DNA of 64,000 nucleotides from a virus. Position 1 is the first letter of the stretch, and the number at the start of each line of letters is the position of its first letter. Below the pieces are notes generated by a model. It made no database searches, was not told the origin of the DNA, and saw only the letters and a program-made list of their open reading frames with translations. The position numbers were made by a program, and so were the translations under genes. Below, in pieces: positions 17,209-28,900 of this stretch. Location: the IMG/VR virus record IMGVR_UViG_3300035663_000011, positions 3,364 to 67,363 of that record; one strand, written 5' to 3'.

Positions 17209-18792
17209 TTAGATACCGAGTGCTTTGCGCAACGCGTCGTCTGACATACTTGAATACGGACCACTACCGCCAGTCAACGGTACCCCACCAATACCCCCAC
17301 TCGCTGCTGCCCGCATCTGCGATTCCAGAGTACTTACCTTTTTCTGCGCAGCAGCAATTGCAGCTTTATGCTCCGGAGATTGGGGCTTTATTCCGACTGG
17401 AGGAAAATCGGTAACAGCGTTCAATCGCTCCACAGCCGCTTTATACATCGGGTCTAGCATATTAATCGTCAACGCAGAACGACGGTACTCGTTCTGCCCA
17501 CTATTTGCTCCGTACTGCTGGGATGCAATACGCTCACGCGAAGCAATTTCCGCTTGGGAGATCAATGCAGATTCACGACGTGCGGTAAGGTCTGCAATCC
17601 TGTCTTCTTTCTTCTCCTCAAACGAACGCTTGGCGTTACGTTCCCCACGCGCTACCTCATCTTGGTAACGACGAAGCGATGCCATTTCCTTGTTCAGTTC
17701 CTTCTCGGTCTGACGGAGTTCTTTCTGAGCAGCCGTATACTGCTGCATCCCGCCCAGCGCACCTTCCGCCGCCGCACCAAGGAAGCTAGTACGCTCACGT
17801 CCCCCACGAGCCGCAGCCGCAGCCATACGGAACCCTGCTTGTGCGAGCGCCATACGAACCGCATCCTGCTTTTCGCCTCCAAGTCCCGCCAGAGCCTTCT
17901 CAATACGTTTCTGCTCTTCGGGGGAGAAGGAATCTGCGGTTTCTTCAAACTTGCGTCCTTCTACCTGCTTGATCAGTGCATCAAACCGATTCTTTGGTAC
18001 TCCCGCTCCGCTAGGCGGAGCAAACGGAGACGCAGCCGGAGGAACCGCTGGGGGCATATCCTGCTGTACGCCAGCACGAGCCGCAGCAATCTGCTGATCA
18101 AACCCAGCACCGCCCAACGCAGGAGCAGCGGGAGGCGCAGCCGCCGGGGCCGCAGGGGGGACTGCGCTTTGTGAAGGAGTTACAGTAGGTGTCTGCGCAG
18201 GACGTGTTTCTTGTTCATCGCCAAATATTTGCCCCAAATATTTATCAACTTTGGATATACCGGAATCTGACGGCAATTCACGTCTGCTTAGCTGCCGCCC
18301 TGCTGCCCGAAGAATTTCATTCTCTTCTGGGGTACGGAACACCGGAGATTTCTGAAGAATGCGATGTACCTCGGCTTCCAGATCAGGCTCTCCACCACCA
18401 GCCAACGCGACCACGCCACCGCCTGCAAACTGCGGATACTCCATGTTGCCCGCATCAATTGCACCCAAACCGCGATCCATTGGACTGGGCTGAGGAGCCG
18501 GGGCCTGCATCTGCTGAATATTGCCTTGCTGACGCTGCATCTGCTGCTGTTGGTCCAGCATGTTCAACTGATCTTTGATCGTCGGGGGTGTCTGGGGAGC
18601 CTGTGCCTGCGGCTGCTTTAAACGCTGGAACTGATTCATCATGGCGTAGAGATCAGCCAAGGGAGCCACGCCCTGCGTTGCCATGCTCTTGACGTACTGA
18701 ACCGCCTGATCAGGCGGCATACCTTTTTGGACGGCTTGTTGAAGCGAAGCCATCATGGCACGACCCGTGCCGCTTACTGGACCGAACATCAC
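17209..18792 (-). CDS. Putative internal virion/ejection protein
   Basis: 527 aa, Q/P/A-rich plus coiled coil, FAGGG/LAGGG motifs; synteny. Confidence 0.6.
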   Translation of the reverse strand: MMFGPVSGTGRAMMASLQQAVQKGMPPDQAVQYVKSMATQGVAPLADLYAMMNQFQRLKQPQAQAPQTPPTIKDQLNMLDQQQQMQRQQGNIQQMQAPAPQPSPMDRGLGAIDAGNMEYPQFAGGGVVALAGGGEPDLEAEVHRILQKSPVFRTPEENEILRAAGRQLSRRELPSDSGISKVDKYLGQIFGDEQETRPAQTPTVTPSQSAVPPAAPAAAPPAAPALGGAGFDQQIAAARAGVQQDMPPAVPPAASPFAPPSGAGVPKNRFDALIKQVEGRKFEETADSFSPEEQKRIEKALAGLGGEKQDAVRMALAQAGFRMAAAAARGGRERTSFLGAAAEGALGGMQQYTAAQKELRQTEKELNKEMASLRRYQDEVARGERNAKRSFEEKKEDRIADLTARRESALISQAEIASRERIASQQYGANSGQNEYRRSALTINMLDPMYKAAVERLNAVTDFPPVGIKPQSPEHKAAIAAAQKKVSTLESQMRAAASGGIGGVPLTGGSGPYSSMSDDALRKALGI

Positions 18793-21700
18793 TTACCTCC
18801 GATCCCGCCGAAGAGACTACCCAGCCCCAATCCTACACCGGCAATCTGCCCGAACAAGCTCCCCGGCTGCTGGTACATGGTCTGGGTCTGGCCCGTCGCC
18901 GGGAGGCCCCGCAGGATACCCGACATGAACTCCAACTGCTGGTACGGTAGACGCTGCTGGTTGAGGAAGTCCTGATACTGCGTATTGAGCAGTTCCTGCC
19001 CAAGAGCCTGCTGCTGCCCGCCAGCCCCCAACTGAGCCGCGTTGATCCCCATCTGCTGCTGGTACTGCTGCATCCCCAGCCCGCCCAGAGTGCCCGCCGC
19101 AGCCAACTGCTGCTGAAGCCCCTGCAAGCCAAGGTTCGCCCCGAACTGGCGAGACTGCTCGGCAAGATTGGCCCCAGCAAGCCCGTACTGAGCGCGTTGC
19201 GCGGCATTCTGCTGACTGAACTGGTTGGCCTGCGACAACTGAGCCAACTGCTGCTGTTGCTGCTGAAGCTGAGCCGCCTGATTCAACTGCTGGGCCTGCA
19301 TCCCTTGCCCTGCGCCGAACTGCGACTGGTTGATGAGGGCCTGAAGGTTCTGCTGACCGACGTTGAACCCCATCTGCTGATTGGCAAGCTGTGCCTGCAA
19401 TGCCTGACTCGACCCCAACTGCTGGGTCTGAAGGAGTGCCGCGAGGTTCTGCTGCCCCGTAGTGAGACCCGCCTGCTGATTGGCGAGGGCTGCTTGAAGC
19501 CCCATTTGGTTAGTCTGAAGACCTGCCGCTTGGTTAAGTCGGGCAATTTCAGTTGCCTGCTGGGCACTGAGACCTTGAGTCTGGAGTTGAGCAGCGAGGT
19601 TCTGCTGTGCGGTCGTAAGTCCTGCTTGCTGATTGGCAAGGGCTGCTTGAAGCCCCATCTGGTTAGTCTGAAGACCTGCCGCTTGGTTAAGTCGAGCAAT
19701 TTCAGTTGCCTGCTGGGCGCTAAGACCCTGAGTCTGGAGTTGAGCAGCAAGGTTCTGCTGCGCGGTCGTAAGTCCTGCTTGCTGATTGGCCTGTTGCGCC
19801 TGCATTGACTGCTGGCTCAAGAACTGCTGCCGCGCCTGCTCCATCTGCGCATTCTGCTGATTGGTCGTGAGACCCGCCTGCTGGTTGGCAAGAAGTGCCT
19901 GCAAGCCGTACTGCTGGTTAGCCATACGCGCCTGTTGTTCAGCCGACAGGTTCTGCTGCCCCACGGTAAGCCCCGCAGACTGATTGAGCCGCTGAGCCTC
20001 CATCTGCGCCTGCTGGTTAGCCAGAGCAGCCTGCTGCCCTGCCGAGAGGTTCTGCTGCCCCACGGTGAGGTCTGCTGCCTGATTGAGCCGTGCAGCCTCC
20101 ATAGCCTGCTGGGCGCTGAGTCCTTGGGACTGAAGTTGTGCAGCCAGATTCTGCTGCCCCACGGTAAGCCCTGCCTGTTGATTGGCAAGCTGGGCCTGCA
20201 TTGACTGCTGCGCACCGAACTCCGCCGACCGCTGGAATGCCTGCTGGTTAGCCATCGCGGCTTCTTGCTGCTTGGCCCGGTAGAACTCCGCTTCACGCTG
20301 TGCGGTTTGCTGGTTGGCAAGTTGGGCCTGAAGACTCTGCTGCCCCATGAATTGCTGGCGCGACTGTTCCGCGCCGAGGTTCGCCTGACCGACCGTAAGG
20401 CCCGCCTGCTGGTTTGCCAACTGCGCCTGAAGCGACTGTCCTGCACCCAACTCCTGAACGCCCATCGCCGCTTGGAGGTTCTGACGAGCGACATCCTGTG
20501 TCGCCGCTTGGTTAGCAAGTGCAGCCTGCATGGCCGAAGCGCGGTCGCGTTCAAACTGAGCAGACGACTGCTCGTAGGCTTTCTGAAGGCCCCCCGCCTC
20601 GATATCCCCCAACTGGGTCGCCAGATTCCGCTGGGCTTCAGACTGGAGCAAAGCCTCGCGGGTACCGCCCCGCGCTCCCATCCGAGCCGCCTGTGCGCCA
20701 AGAGCGGGGAGTCCTCTCATGTAATCGCGAGTCGCTGCTTGCTTCTGACGCTCAACGACGCTCTGCATGTAGGGCGACATGTATTCAAGCATCGAACCAA
20801 GACCGAACCGCTCAGTGCCTACCCGCTCCGCCGGTCCCATCCGATACTGTTCAAGTGCCGCAGCGCGTACACGCTCGGCAGGGGTCATCGACAGCGCCCC
20901 GTACTGATACCCTTGAGCGCGTTCTACGTCATAGGCAGAAGGGCCAGAAATACGCTCCGGGGCGTAGTCATACGTGGATGCTGCCCGTTCGTAACCCCCC
21001 ATCTGAGGAGCGTTGTACTCACGCGCCGAAACATCCCGCACCGGACCCATACGCCCAGCCGAAACTTGTGACGCCAATACGTTAGGTAGCCCCGCCATCT
21101 GCGCGGCTTGAATCCGCTCAGCAGAAACATCCGTAGGGCCAGCCATCCCGACAGGGCCGTACTCACGAGCAGAAATCTGCTGCGGTCCCTGCATCTGATA
21201 ATTTTGAAGCGCCTGCTGCTGGATACGCTCATAGTCACTGGGTGCCCGGACATTGCCCGGTCCCTGCATCTGATAATTTTGAAGCGCCTGCTGCTGGATA
21301 CGCTCATAGTCACTGGGTGCCCGGACATCGCCCGGTCCCTGCATCTGATAATTTTGAAGCTGCTGTGCCGAGACATCACGCGGTCCCTGCATCTGATAAG
21401 ACGTATCTGGGCGAGCGTTCACCCGCTCAAACTGGGTCTGCATCTCCCGAAATTCGGGAGAGTTGTAGAAATTCTGCGCGGCAGCAGGGTTGTACTGACT
21501 GAGTCTCTGCGCATCCAATCCAGCAAGCGAGGCTAACCCCGTGGCAGTACGCAACTGATCAGAGGTCTGCATCCCCGCAATCTGATTGAACGCCTGCATT
21601 TGCAGGGGATTGAACCCTTCAACACGCTGCCGCATTTTGGGCTTGCCCGTGCTGGGGTCTATGATCGGGTTGCCGTTTTTGTCCGTCTCTACATAGGGCT

Positions 21701-21806
21701 GATAACCTTGCTGAGACAACGCTTGAGCCTGCCCCACAAGTTGAAGTACGGGGTCTCTAAGCCAGCTAGGAATATTGGTTTGAATCTGTTCAGTAGGCGT
21801 AGCCAT
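18789..21806 (-). CDS. Gln-rich repeat protein, putative ejection/pilot protein
   Basis: 1005 aa; repeated QAQLANQQAGLTVGQQNL; hydrophobic Gly-rich C-terminus. Confidence 0.65.
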   Translation of the reverse strand: MATPTEQIQTNIPSWLRDPVLQLVGQAQALSQQGYQPYVETDKNGNPIIDPSTGKPKMRQRVEGFNPLQMQAFNQIAGMQTSDQLRTATGLASLAGLDAQRLSQYNPAAAQNFYNSPEFREMQTQFERVNARPDTSYQMQGPRDVSAQQLQNYQMQGPGDVRAPSDYERIQQQALQNYQMQGPGNVRAPSDYERIQQQALQNYQMQGPQQISAREYGPVGMAGPTDVSAERIQAAQMAGLPNVLASQVSAGRMGPVRDVSAREYNAPQMGGYERAASTYDYAPERISGPSAYDVERAQGYQYGALSMTPAERVRAAALEQYRMGPAERVGTERFGLGSMLEYMSPYMQSVVERQKQAATRDYMRGLPALGAQAARMGARGGTREALLQSEAQRNLATQLGDIEAGGLQKAYEQSSAQFERDRASAMQAALANQAATQDVARQNLQAAMGVQELGAGQSLQAQLANQQAGLTVGQANLGAEQSRQQFMGQQSLQAQLANQQTAQREAEFYRAKQQEAAMANQQAFQRSAEFGAQQSMQAQLANQQAGLTVGQQNLAAQLQSQGLSAQQAMEAARLNQAADLTVGQQNLSAGQQAALANQQAQMEAQRLNQSAGLTVGQQNLSAEQQARMANQQYGLQALLANQQAGLTTNQQNAQMEQARQQFLSQQSMQAQQANQQAGLTTAQQNLAAQLQTQGLSAQQATEIARLNQAAGLQTNQMGLQAALANQQAGLTTAQQNLAAQLQTQGLSAQQATEIARLNQAAGLQTNQMGLQAALANQQAGLTTGQQNLAALLQTQQLGSSQALQAQLANQQMGFNVGQQNLQALINQSQFGAGQGMQAQQLNQAAQLQQQQQQLAQLSQANQFSQQNAAQRAQYGLAGANLAEQSRQFGANLGLQGLQQQLAAAGTLGGLGMQQYQQQMGINAAQLGAGGQQQALGQELLNTQYQDFLNQQRLPYQQLEFMSGILRGLPATGQTQTMYQQPGSLFGQIAGVGLGLGSLFGGIGGK
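19474..19790. repeat. 153-bp tandem duplication (51 aa) in the Gln-rich gene
   Basis: Units start near 19475 and 19628; the 51-aa peptide is identical. Confidence 0.85.
21184..21360. repeat. 75-bp tandem repeat (25 aa), about 2.3 copies
   Basis: ggtccctgcatctgataattttgaagc at 21184, 21259 and 21334. Confidence 0.9.
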
Positions 21807-21818
21807 GATCGCTCCCGA

Positions 21819-24374
<2,556 letters not shown>

Positions 24375-24407
24375 AGTCCCCCCACGGGGTTAATTTGCTA
24401 GAAGATA

Positions 24408-25004
24408 TCACGTATTGGCCTCGTTACTCGATACCCAGTTCACCGTCAAGATGATCGACGGAATCGCCGGAATATTGCCGCTGGCTGCGACGTAGGGCAT
24501 GACGACATTCGTGTCGGAAGACTCCCACGCGAGTTCAAAGTAGTCCCCTGCCCCCATGACCAGCACGAAATTCCATGCCGCGACGACTTCGTCGTTGGGG
24601 CCGTTGATCACCATCTTGGTGGCGGAGTCTGGTAGGTTCACCCCGTTCACTCGGGGCCAGATGTATACGGCGCTCGCTCCACCGCCCGTCTTGTCCAACT
24701 GAGCAGAGAACTGGAAGTTGTACACCCCAGTCTGGTTGATATAGACCTTAGACGTAGGGATAGACCGGTTGACTTGATGTTCTGAAATAACAGAGTTGTA
24801 CGTGAAGAGATTGACCGCGTTGGCTACCGGGTTCGTCTGCGTTGTAGTGTCGTAGTAAGACGCATGGGGCATCGGAGCATTGACTGTGTTCGTCAGCCGC
24901 GTGAAGAAAAGCCTCAGTACGTTGGAGAACTGATCGTGGTACCGCTGCTCATAAACAGTCGGAGCATTCGGCAAATTCGGTGGTACGACTTTGGCGTACG
25001 ACAT
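24408..25004 (-). CDS. Virion structural protein
   Basis: 198 aa, beta-rich C-terminus (GVYNFQFSAQL), follows the tail nozzle gene. Confidence 0.6.
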   Translation of the reverse strand: MSYAKVVPPNLPNAPTVYEQRYHDQFSNVLRLFFTRLTNTVNAPMPHASYYDTTTQTNPVANAVNLFTYNSVISEHQVNRSIPTSKVYINQTGVYNFQFSAQLDKTGGGASAVYIWPRVNGVNLPDSATKMVINGPNDEVVAAWNFVLVMGAGDYFELAWESSDTNVVMPYVAASGNIPAIPSIILTVNWVSSNEANT

Positions 25005-25006
25005 AC

Positions 25007-27295
25007 TCAGCGCCTGCCGTCAGGCTTAACGTCGAGGCGCATCATGCCCATCTGCCACGCCACGCCAAGATCGGTGGAGTCCACACGGAACGCCATCTGC
25101 CGCCCACGCACCCGCGTGTAAACCTGACCGGTGTACTGCTGAATCGGAATAGTTGCGGTGCGGGTTACAATCGGCATATCCGCAGTGGTGTAGTTCACGC
25201 CGGAATTCTGTCTCGGGCGCACCGTAAGCATGACAGACGGATTTGTTGCGCTGGACCCAATGAAGTTGAGGTCAGGCAGAATGCGCCAGACGTACCCAAA
25301 ACTTTGCCCATCTTGGATATCGAAGTCCGAAGTCTCGATGTACGACTCGATTGGGAGTGCGGGTTCAACAGACGCATCGTCGTAACCCACTTCATGCTGC
25401 ATGACTTGATTCGCCACGTTGTATGTGACCGCAGCATACTGATCATGGGCCGCAGCCGTCGTGCTGGCGTAGCCGCGAGTACAGCCTGTCAAAGTATTAC
25501 CTGACTTGCCGGTGTAGAGAATTTTCTCGGAATCTATCGTGATATTGCCCGACTCCGGATACGTTGAGGCATCCGTAAGCGCAATGGTGGTGACAGATGA
25601 GTTGATTGCCGACGCAAGGTAAGCGTTTTGCAGGCTGAACGCCGCCAGCGGGTAGTTGCGCTGGGAATGCTCCGACCAGAACGTACGGCTGATGTTGCCG
25701 TAGTACCAGATTCGCTCAAGGTAGTTGTAGATGACGTACCGGTTATTCGCGGTACTGTCAGCAGAAGGGTAAAACCACCAAACCTCGTTGAACCCTTCGT
25801 TGGTTCCTACGACTACTTGATCCAACTGGTTGTAGTTGATGTCGCTGTAGACAAACTGACGAAGAGTGCAGGGCAGCGTCTCCACGCGCCCCGAATACAT
25901 GAAGAACTTATCCCGCCCCATCCAGTAGACCATGTTGTTCACAGTCGTTACGGCGTTAGGCGATGCCAGTGATATATCCTGATCAAGCAACGTGAACGAC
26001 CAGACAAAGGGAGGCCCAACATACTGCATGGAGAAAAGCGCAGTATCCGACCAGATCAGAATCTCCTGACGGGTGTTGATCGCCGTGATCAGGTACGAGC
26101 CATGCGAAAGTTTTTGTTCACCAGACTGGTTCGTAGTCTCCGGCACCCACTCGTATGTCGTACCTTGGTCAGACCAGCGGACAAGCAACGGGTCAAATGC
26201 CGTATCGAAGTTGGTCGGGTCATACGGGTTCGCCCCGAATGCGATCACGAAGTCGTTGATTGGCGAGTCCAGCAGCGCATACACCTTGTTGGGTACGTGC
26301 CTACCGGCATAACTGAAATTGACAGCGCCTGAAACTGCACCGGTCGTCGCCGCAGAAATCGGTACAGACGTAGACCCCGTCCATGCAGTAGTGACGTACG
26401 CTCCTGTCGGAATGTTGGTGCCGCTAACCACCGAACCGGTATTGATCCCCGTAGCGTCTGCCACCGTGATGGTAGTTGCGCCTGAACCCGCACTGGCCGT
26501 CGTGGAGAATTTAACCTGCGTGTTGGTCTTGGTTTCGAGCGTGACCGCCTTGGCCCATGTCGTCGTGTCGAGCGTCCAGTAGTAGATTTCGCCATTACGC
26601 TCAGCAAACATCAGGTCATCGCCGTAGTTGAACATGGACCAAATCCGCATCGGGACGCCTGCACCGGTCGATGATCCCCACCCACCGAGACCCCACGGAG
26701 GACCACCCCAACCCACTCCTGCGGTGTAGACGGCGTTGCCCGCATCCATATCAAACGTGGCTACAACGGACGATCCACCCCCCGTCGTCGTGCTGCTGGC
26801 ATTGGCTAAAGCATAGATGGTGAACGTACTGGTCGTAAGTACAGACTGGATTTCGTAGCTACCGTTTAGCGTCAGCCCAGCAACCGCCGTAGCCCCACTG
26901 AACGTGACGTAGGTACCAATCGTAGCCCCGTGAGCCGTTGCCGTGACTGTGACCAGCCTGCTTCCGGAAATGGTGGCGAACGGAGCCGCACCAAGATTGA
27001 CCGTGTTCCCTACAGGAGTGATGTCGTTGTAGGTGCCACCGATTTCTACGTAGACTTTCTGGTTGGTACCGACGCCCAAAAGGTTCTGCGTCCCCGTTGA
27101 GACCCAGTTCCACAGCATCCGGCAGACGCCTTTAAACGTACTGCCATTGACATTGATGCTTTGCCAGCCGCCAATTTTTTCAGCGTATCCAGAACGGAAA
27201 CGTACCTTGTCCCCCGCGTAATAGCCGCCTTCGTTTGCGTAGCTAGTGGACTCGCGATTTACACCGGGGCGAATCTCAAGTTTTTGGAGGGGCAC
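25007..27295 (-). CDS. Tail tubular/nozzle (stabilisation) protein
   Basis: 762 aa, MPLQKL..PGVNRE..KVRFR, RWSDQ, EVWWFYPS; podovirus-type synteny. Confidence 0.75.
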   Translation of the reverse strand: MPLQKLEIRPGVNRESTSYANEGGYYAGDKVRFRSGYAEKIGGWQSINVNGSTFKGVCRMLWNWVSTGTQNLLGVGTNQKVYVEIGGTYNDITPVGNTVNLGAAPFATISGSRLVTVTATAHGATIGTYVTFSGATAVAGLTLNGSYEIQSVLTTSTFTIYALANASSTTTGGGSSVVATFDMDAGNAVYTAGVGWGGPPWGLGGWGSSTGAGVPMRIWSMFNYGDDLMFAERNGEIYYWTLDTTTWAKAVTLETKTNTQVKFSTTASAGSGATTITVADATGINTGSVVSGTNIPTGAYVTTAWTGSTSVPISAATTGAVSGAVNFSYAGRHVPNKVYALLDSPINDFVIAFGANPYDPTNFDTAFDPLLVRWSDQGTTYEWVPETTNQSGEQKLSHGSYLITAINTRQEILIWSDTALFSMQYVGPPFVWSFTLLDQDISLASPNAVTTVNNMVYWMGRDKFFMYSGRVETLPCTLRQFVYSDINYNQLDQVVVGTNEGFNEVWWFYPSADSTANNRYVIYNYLERIWYYGNISRTFWSEHSQRNYPLAAFSLQNAYLASAINSSVTTIALTDASTYPESGNITIDSEKILYTGKSGNTLTGCTRGYASTTAAAHDQYAAVTYNVANQVMQHEVGYDDASVEPALPIESYIETSDFDIQDGQSFGYVWRILPDLNFIGSSATNPSVMLTVRPRQNSGVNYTTADMPIVTRTATIPIQQYTGQVYTRVRGRQMAFRVDSTDLGVAWQMGMMRLDVKPDGRR

Positions 27296-27659
27296 TGGTC
27301 ACTCTCCGCCATTCAGGCTGTCCTATACCGCGAGAGAAGTGCGGGGTGTCTACCAACTTAACCCCGTTGCCGCCCCATGAGTTCAAGGGATGGAGCGATT
27401 CCCAGTACGCCCCGAGCGGAGCGAGAACGGCTTTATCGTAGCAGAGTTTGCCGTCTTTGAAAAAGTTCAGGTCTACGGCACGACGCTGGATGTGCAGGCT
27501 GTTCATGGTCCGTGTCTGGCCTGACTTGAAGTAAATCGCCTGCTGGTCCGGGGTGCGATAGAGTTCCCCCGCAGTCACCACGAACCCGAGTTCGGTCGCC
27601 TTCTGGATCAGTTTGCAGACATCCAGCAGAAACGCAGCCTGTTCGGAGACGTTGCTCAC
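27276..27659 (-). CDS. Endolysin, M15-family peptidase
   Basis: YRT..QQ, SLH..RRAVD, WGG..DTPHF zinc-peptidase motifs. Confidence 0.85.
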   Translation of the reverse strand: MSNVSEQAAFLLDVCKLIQKATELGFVVTAGELYRTPDQQAIYFKSGQTRTMNSLHIQRRAVDLNFFKDGKLCYDKAVLAPLGAYWESLHPLNSWGGNGVKLVDTPHFSRGIGQPEWRRVTSAPPKT

Positions 27660-28201
27660 TTCATGATCTCCTTCAACTGGTCACCCTTGTCCTTGGACCC
27701 CTGACTGGAGCCGAAGTAATACGAGACCACTTGGGTCGAGACTGCCGACAAGACCCCCAGAATGTAGATCAGGATGTCCTTGCGAGAAGGCTCCACCGGG
27801 TCGTTATCGAACATCACGATGCCGAACAGAACGAACGTCAGCGTCAGAAGGATCAGCGCGAGAACGGGGGTCACGATCTTGTTTAGCAAAGGTGCTTGTG
27901 CCGAAGTGACGATCTGCACCTCACGATCCCGCGCTGAATCTGTGTCCTTCAGGAGCATGTCGAGTTCCTGAAGATCGAGCTTGTTCTCTTCCAACTTGAG
28001 CCGCACCAGCTCTTCTTCATGCTCCATCTCGGCGGTCTTCAGCCGGATGATCTCGTCTGCCGTCATGTCGGGCTTCAGTTCAACGCCAAGCTTCTTTTCG
28101 ACGTAATCCTTGCCCTTTGCCATCACGGCATTGGCAACGAGACCCAGCCCGTTCGCAAGGAGCGGTTTGAGGATAGCAACGAGTGCAGCAGGGACGGGCA
28201 T
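27656..28201 (-). CDS. Holin-like membrane protein (3TM/GTA-holin-like)
   Basis: D..SARDRE, two TM helices, YYFGSS motif, adjacent to the endolysin. Confidence 0.7.
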   Translation of the reverse strand: MPVPAALVAILKPLLANGLGLVANAVMAKGKDYVEKKLGVELKPDMTADEIIRLKTAEMEHEEELVRLKLEENKLDLQELDMLLKDTDSARDREVQIVTSAQAPLLNKIVTPVLALILLTLTFVLFGIVMFDNDPVEPSRKDILIYILGVLSAVSTQVVSYYFGSSQGSKDKGDQLKEIMK

Positions 28202-28203
28202 GG

Positions 28204-28476
28204 TTATTTACCGCCTTTGATTACATTCCAATTGCTGATTACAACCCACATGTACACCAAACATGCAGCCATCGTCAGCAGGTATGAGTCGAGATACGAC
28301 AACAGCCAGACCGCCGGAAGTTTCAGCGTCACCATCACAGCGAGCGGCTCAAACCTCGTGAACAACTTGGCGAGAATCGGGTTGACCTCACGATGCCCAA
28401 GTTCCAGCGCCCGCAGCGTCGTCCAGATATCAGCGATCTGAAGCGCGATGAAGAGTAGTAGGAACGTAGTGTTCAC
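28204..28476 (-). CDS. Small membrane protein (DUF5658-like)
   Basis: D..TT..L..G..EVNP motif, three hydrophobic segments. Confidence 0.65.
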   Translation of the reverse strand: MNTTFLLLFIALQIADIWTTLRALELGHREVNPILAKLFTRFEPLAVMVTLKLPAVWLLSYLDSYLLTMAACLVYMWVVISNWNVIKGGK

Positions 28477-28898
28477 TGTGGTTCCTCTCCGAGTGACCCG
28501 TAGCTGATAGCAGGGGTGGGAATAGTAGATATAGACGCTGCTGTAAACGTCAGCGAATATACCGGTTCAGGAGGGGGGATCACAGGCTCAGGAGGGGGCG
28601 GAGGTTCGACAGGAACGACAGGCTCAGGAAGGATCGGGGGTTCAACAGGAACGACAGGCTCAGGAGGCGGTACAAACTCATCAATATCCGCACGGTAGGT
28701 GTAGCCGACCCCCGCGTAATTCTTGCGGAAGTTTCCATTGTATGAAGTTTGCACCCAAGTACCACCTAAAAGACGCTGGCAAAATTCTATTCCTTTGGCT
28801 TCTGATTCTTCGCCGTCGCTGTCGATTAGTTCAGCATTGCTTACGACAATGACCTGCGTCACGACATTATTTTCGTCAAGTTTTGCGAAATGAGCCAT
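28473..28898 (-). CDS. Fibre-associated protein with Pro-rich C-terminal repeats
   Basis: MAHFAKLDENNVVTQVIVV..WVQTSYN..RKNYAGVGYTY; PEPVVPVEPP repeats. Confidence 0.7.
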   Translation of the reverse strand: MAHFAKLDENNVVTQVIVVSNAELIDSDGEESEAKGIEFCQRLLGGTWVQTSYNGNFRKNYAGVGYTYRADIDEFVPPPEPVVPVEPPILPEPVVPVEPPPPPEPVIPPPEPVYSLTFTAASISTIPTPAISYGSLGEEPQ

Positions 28899-28900
28899 GA

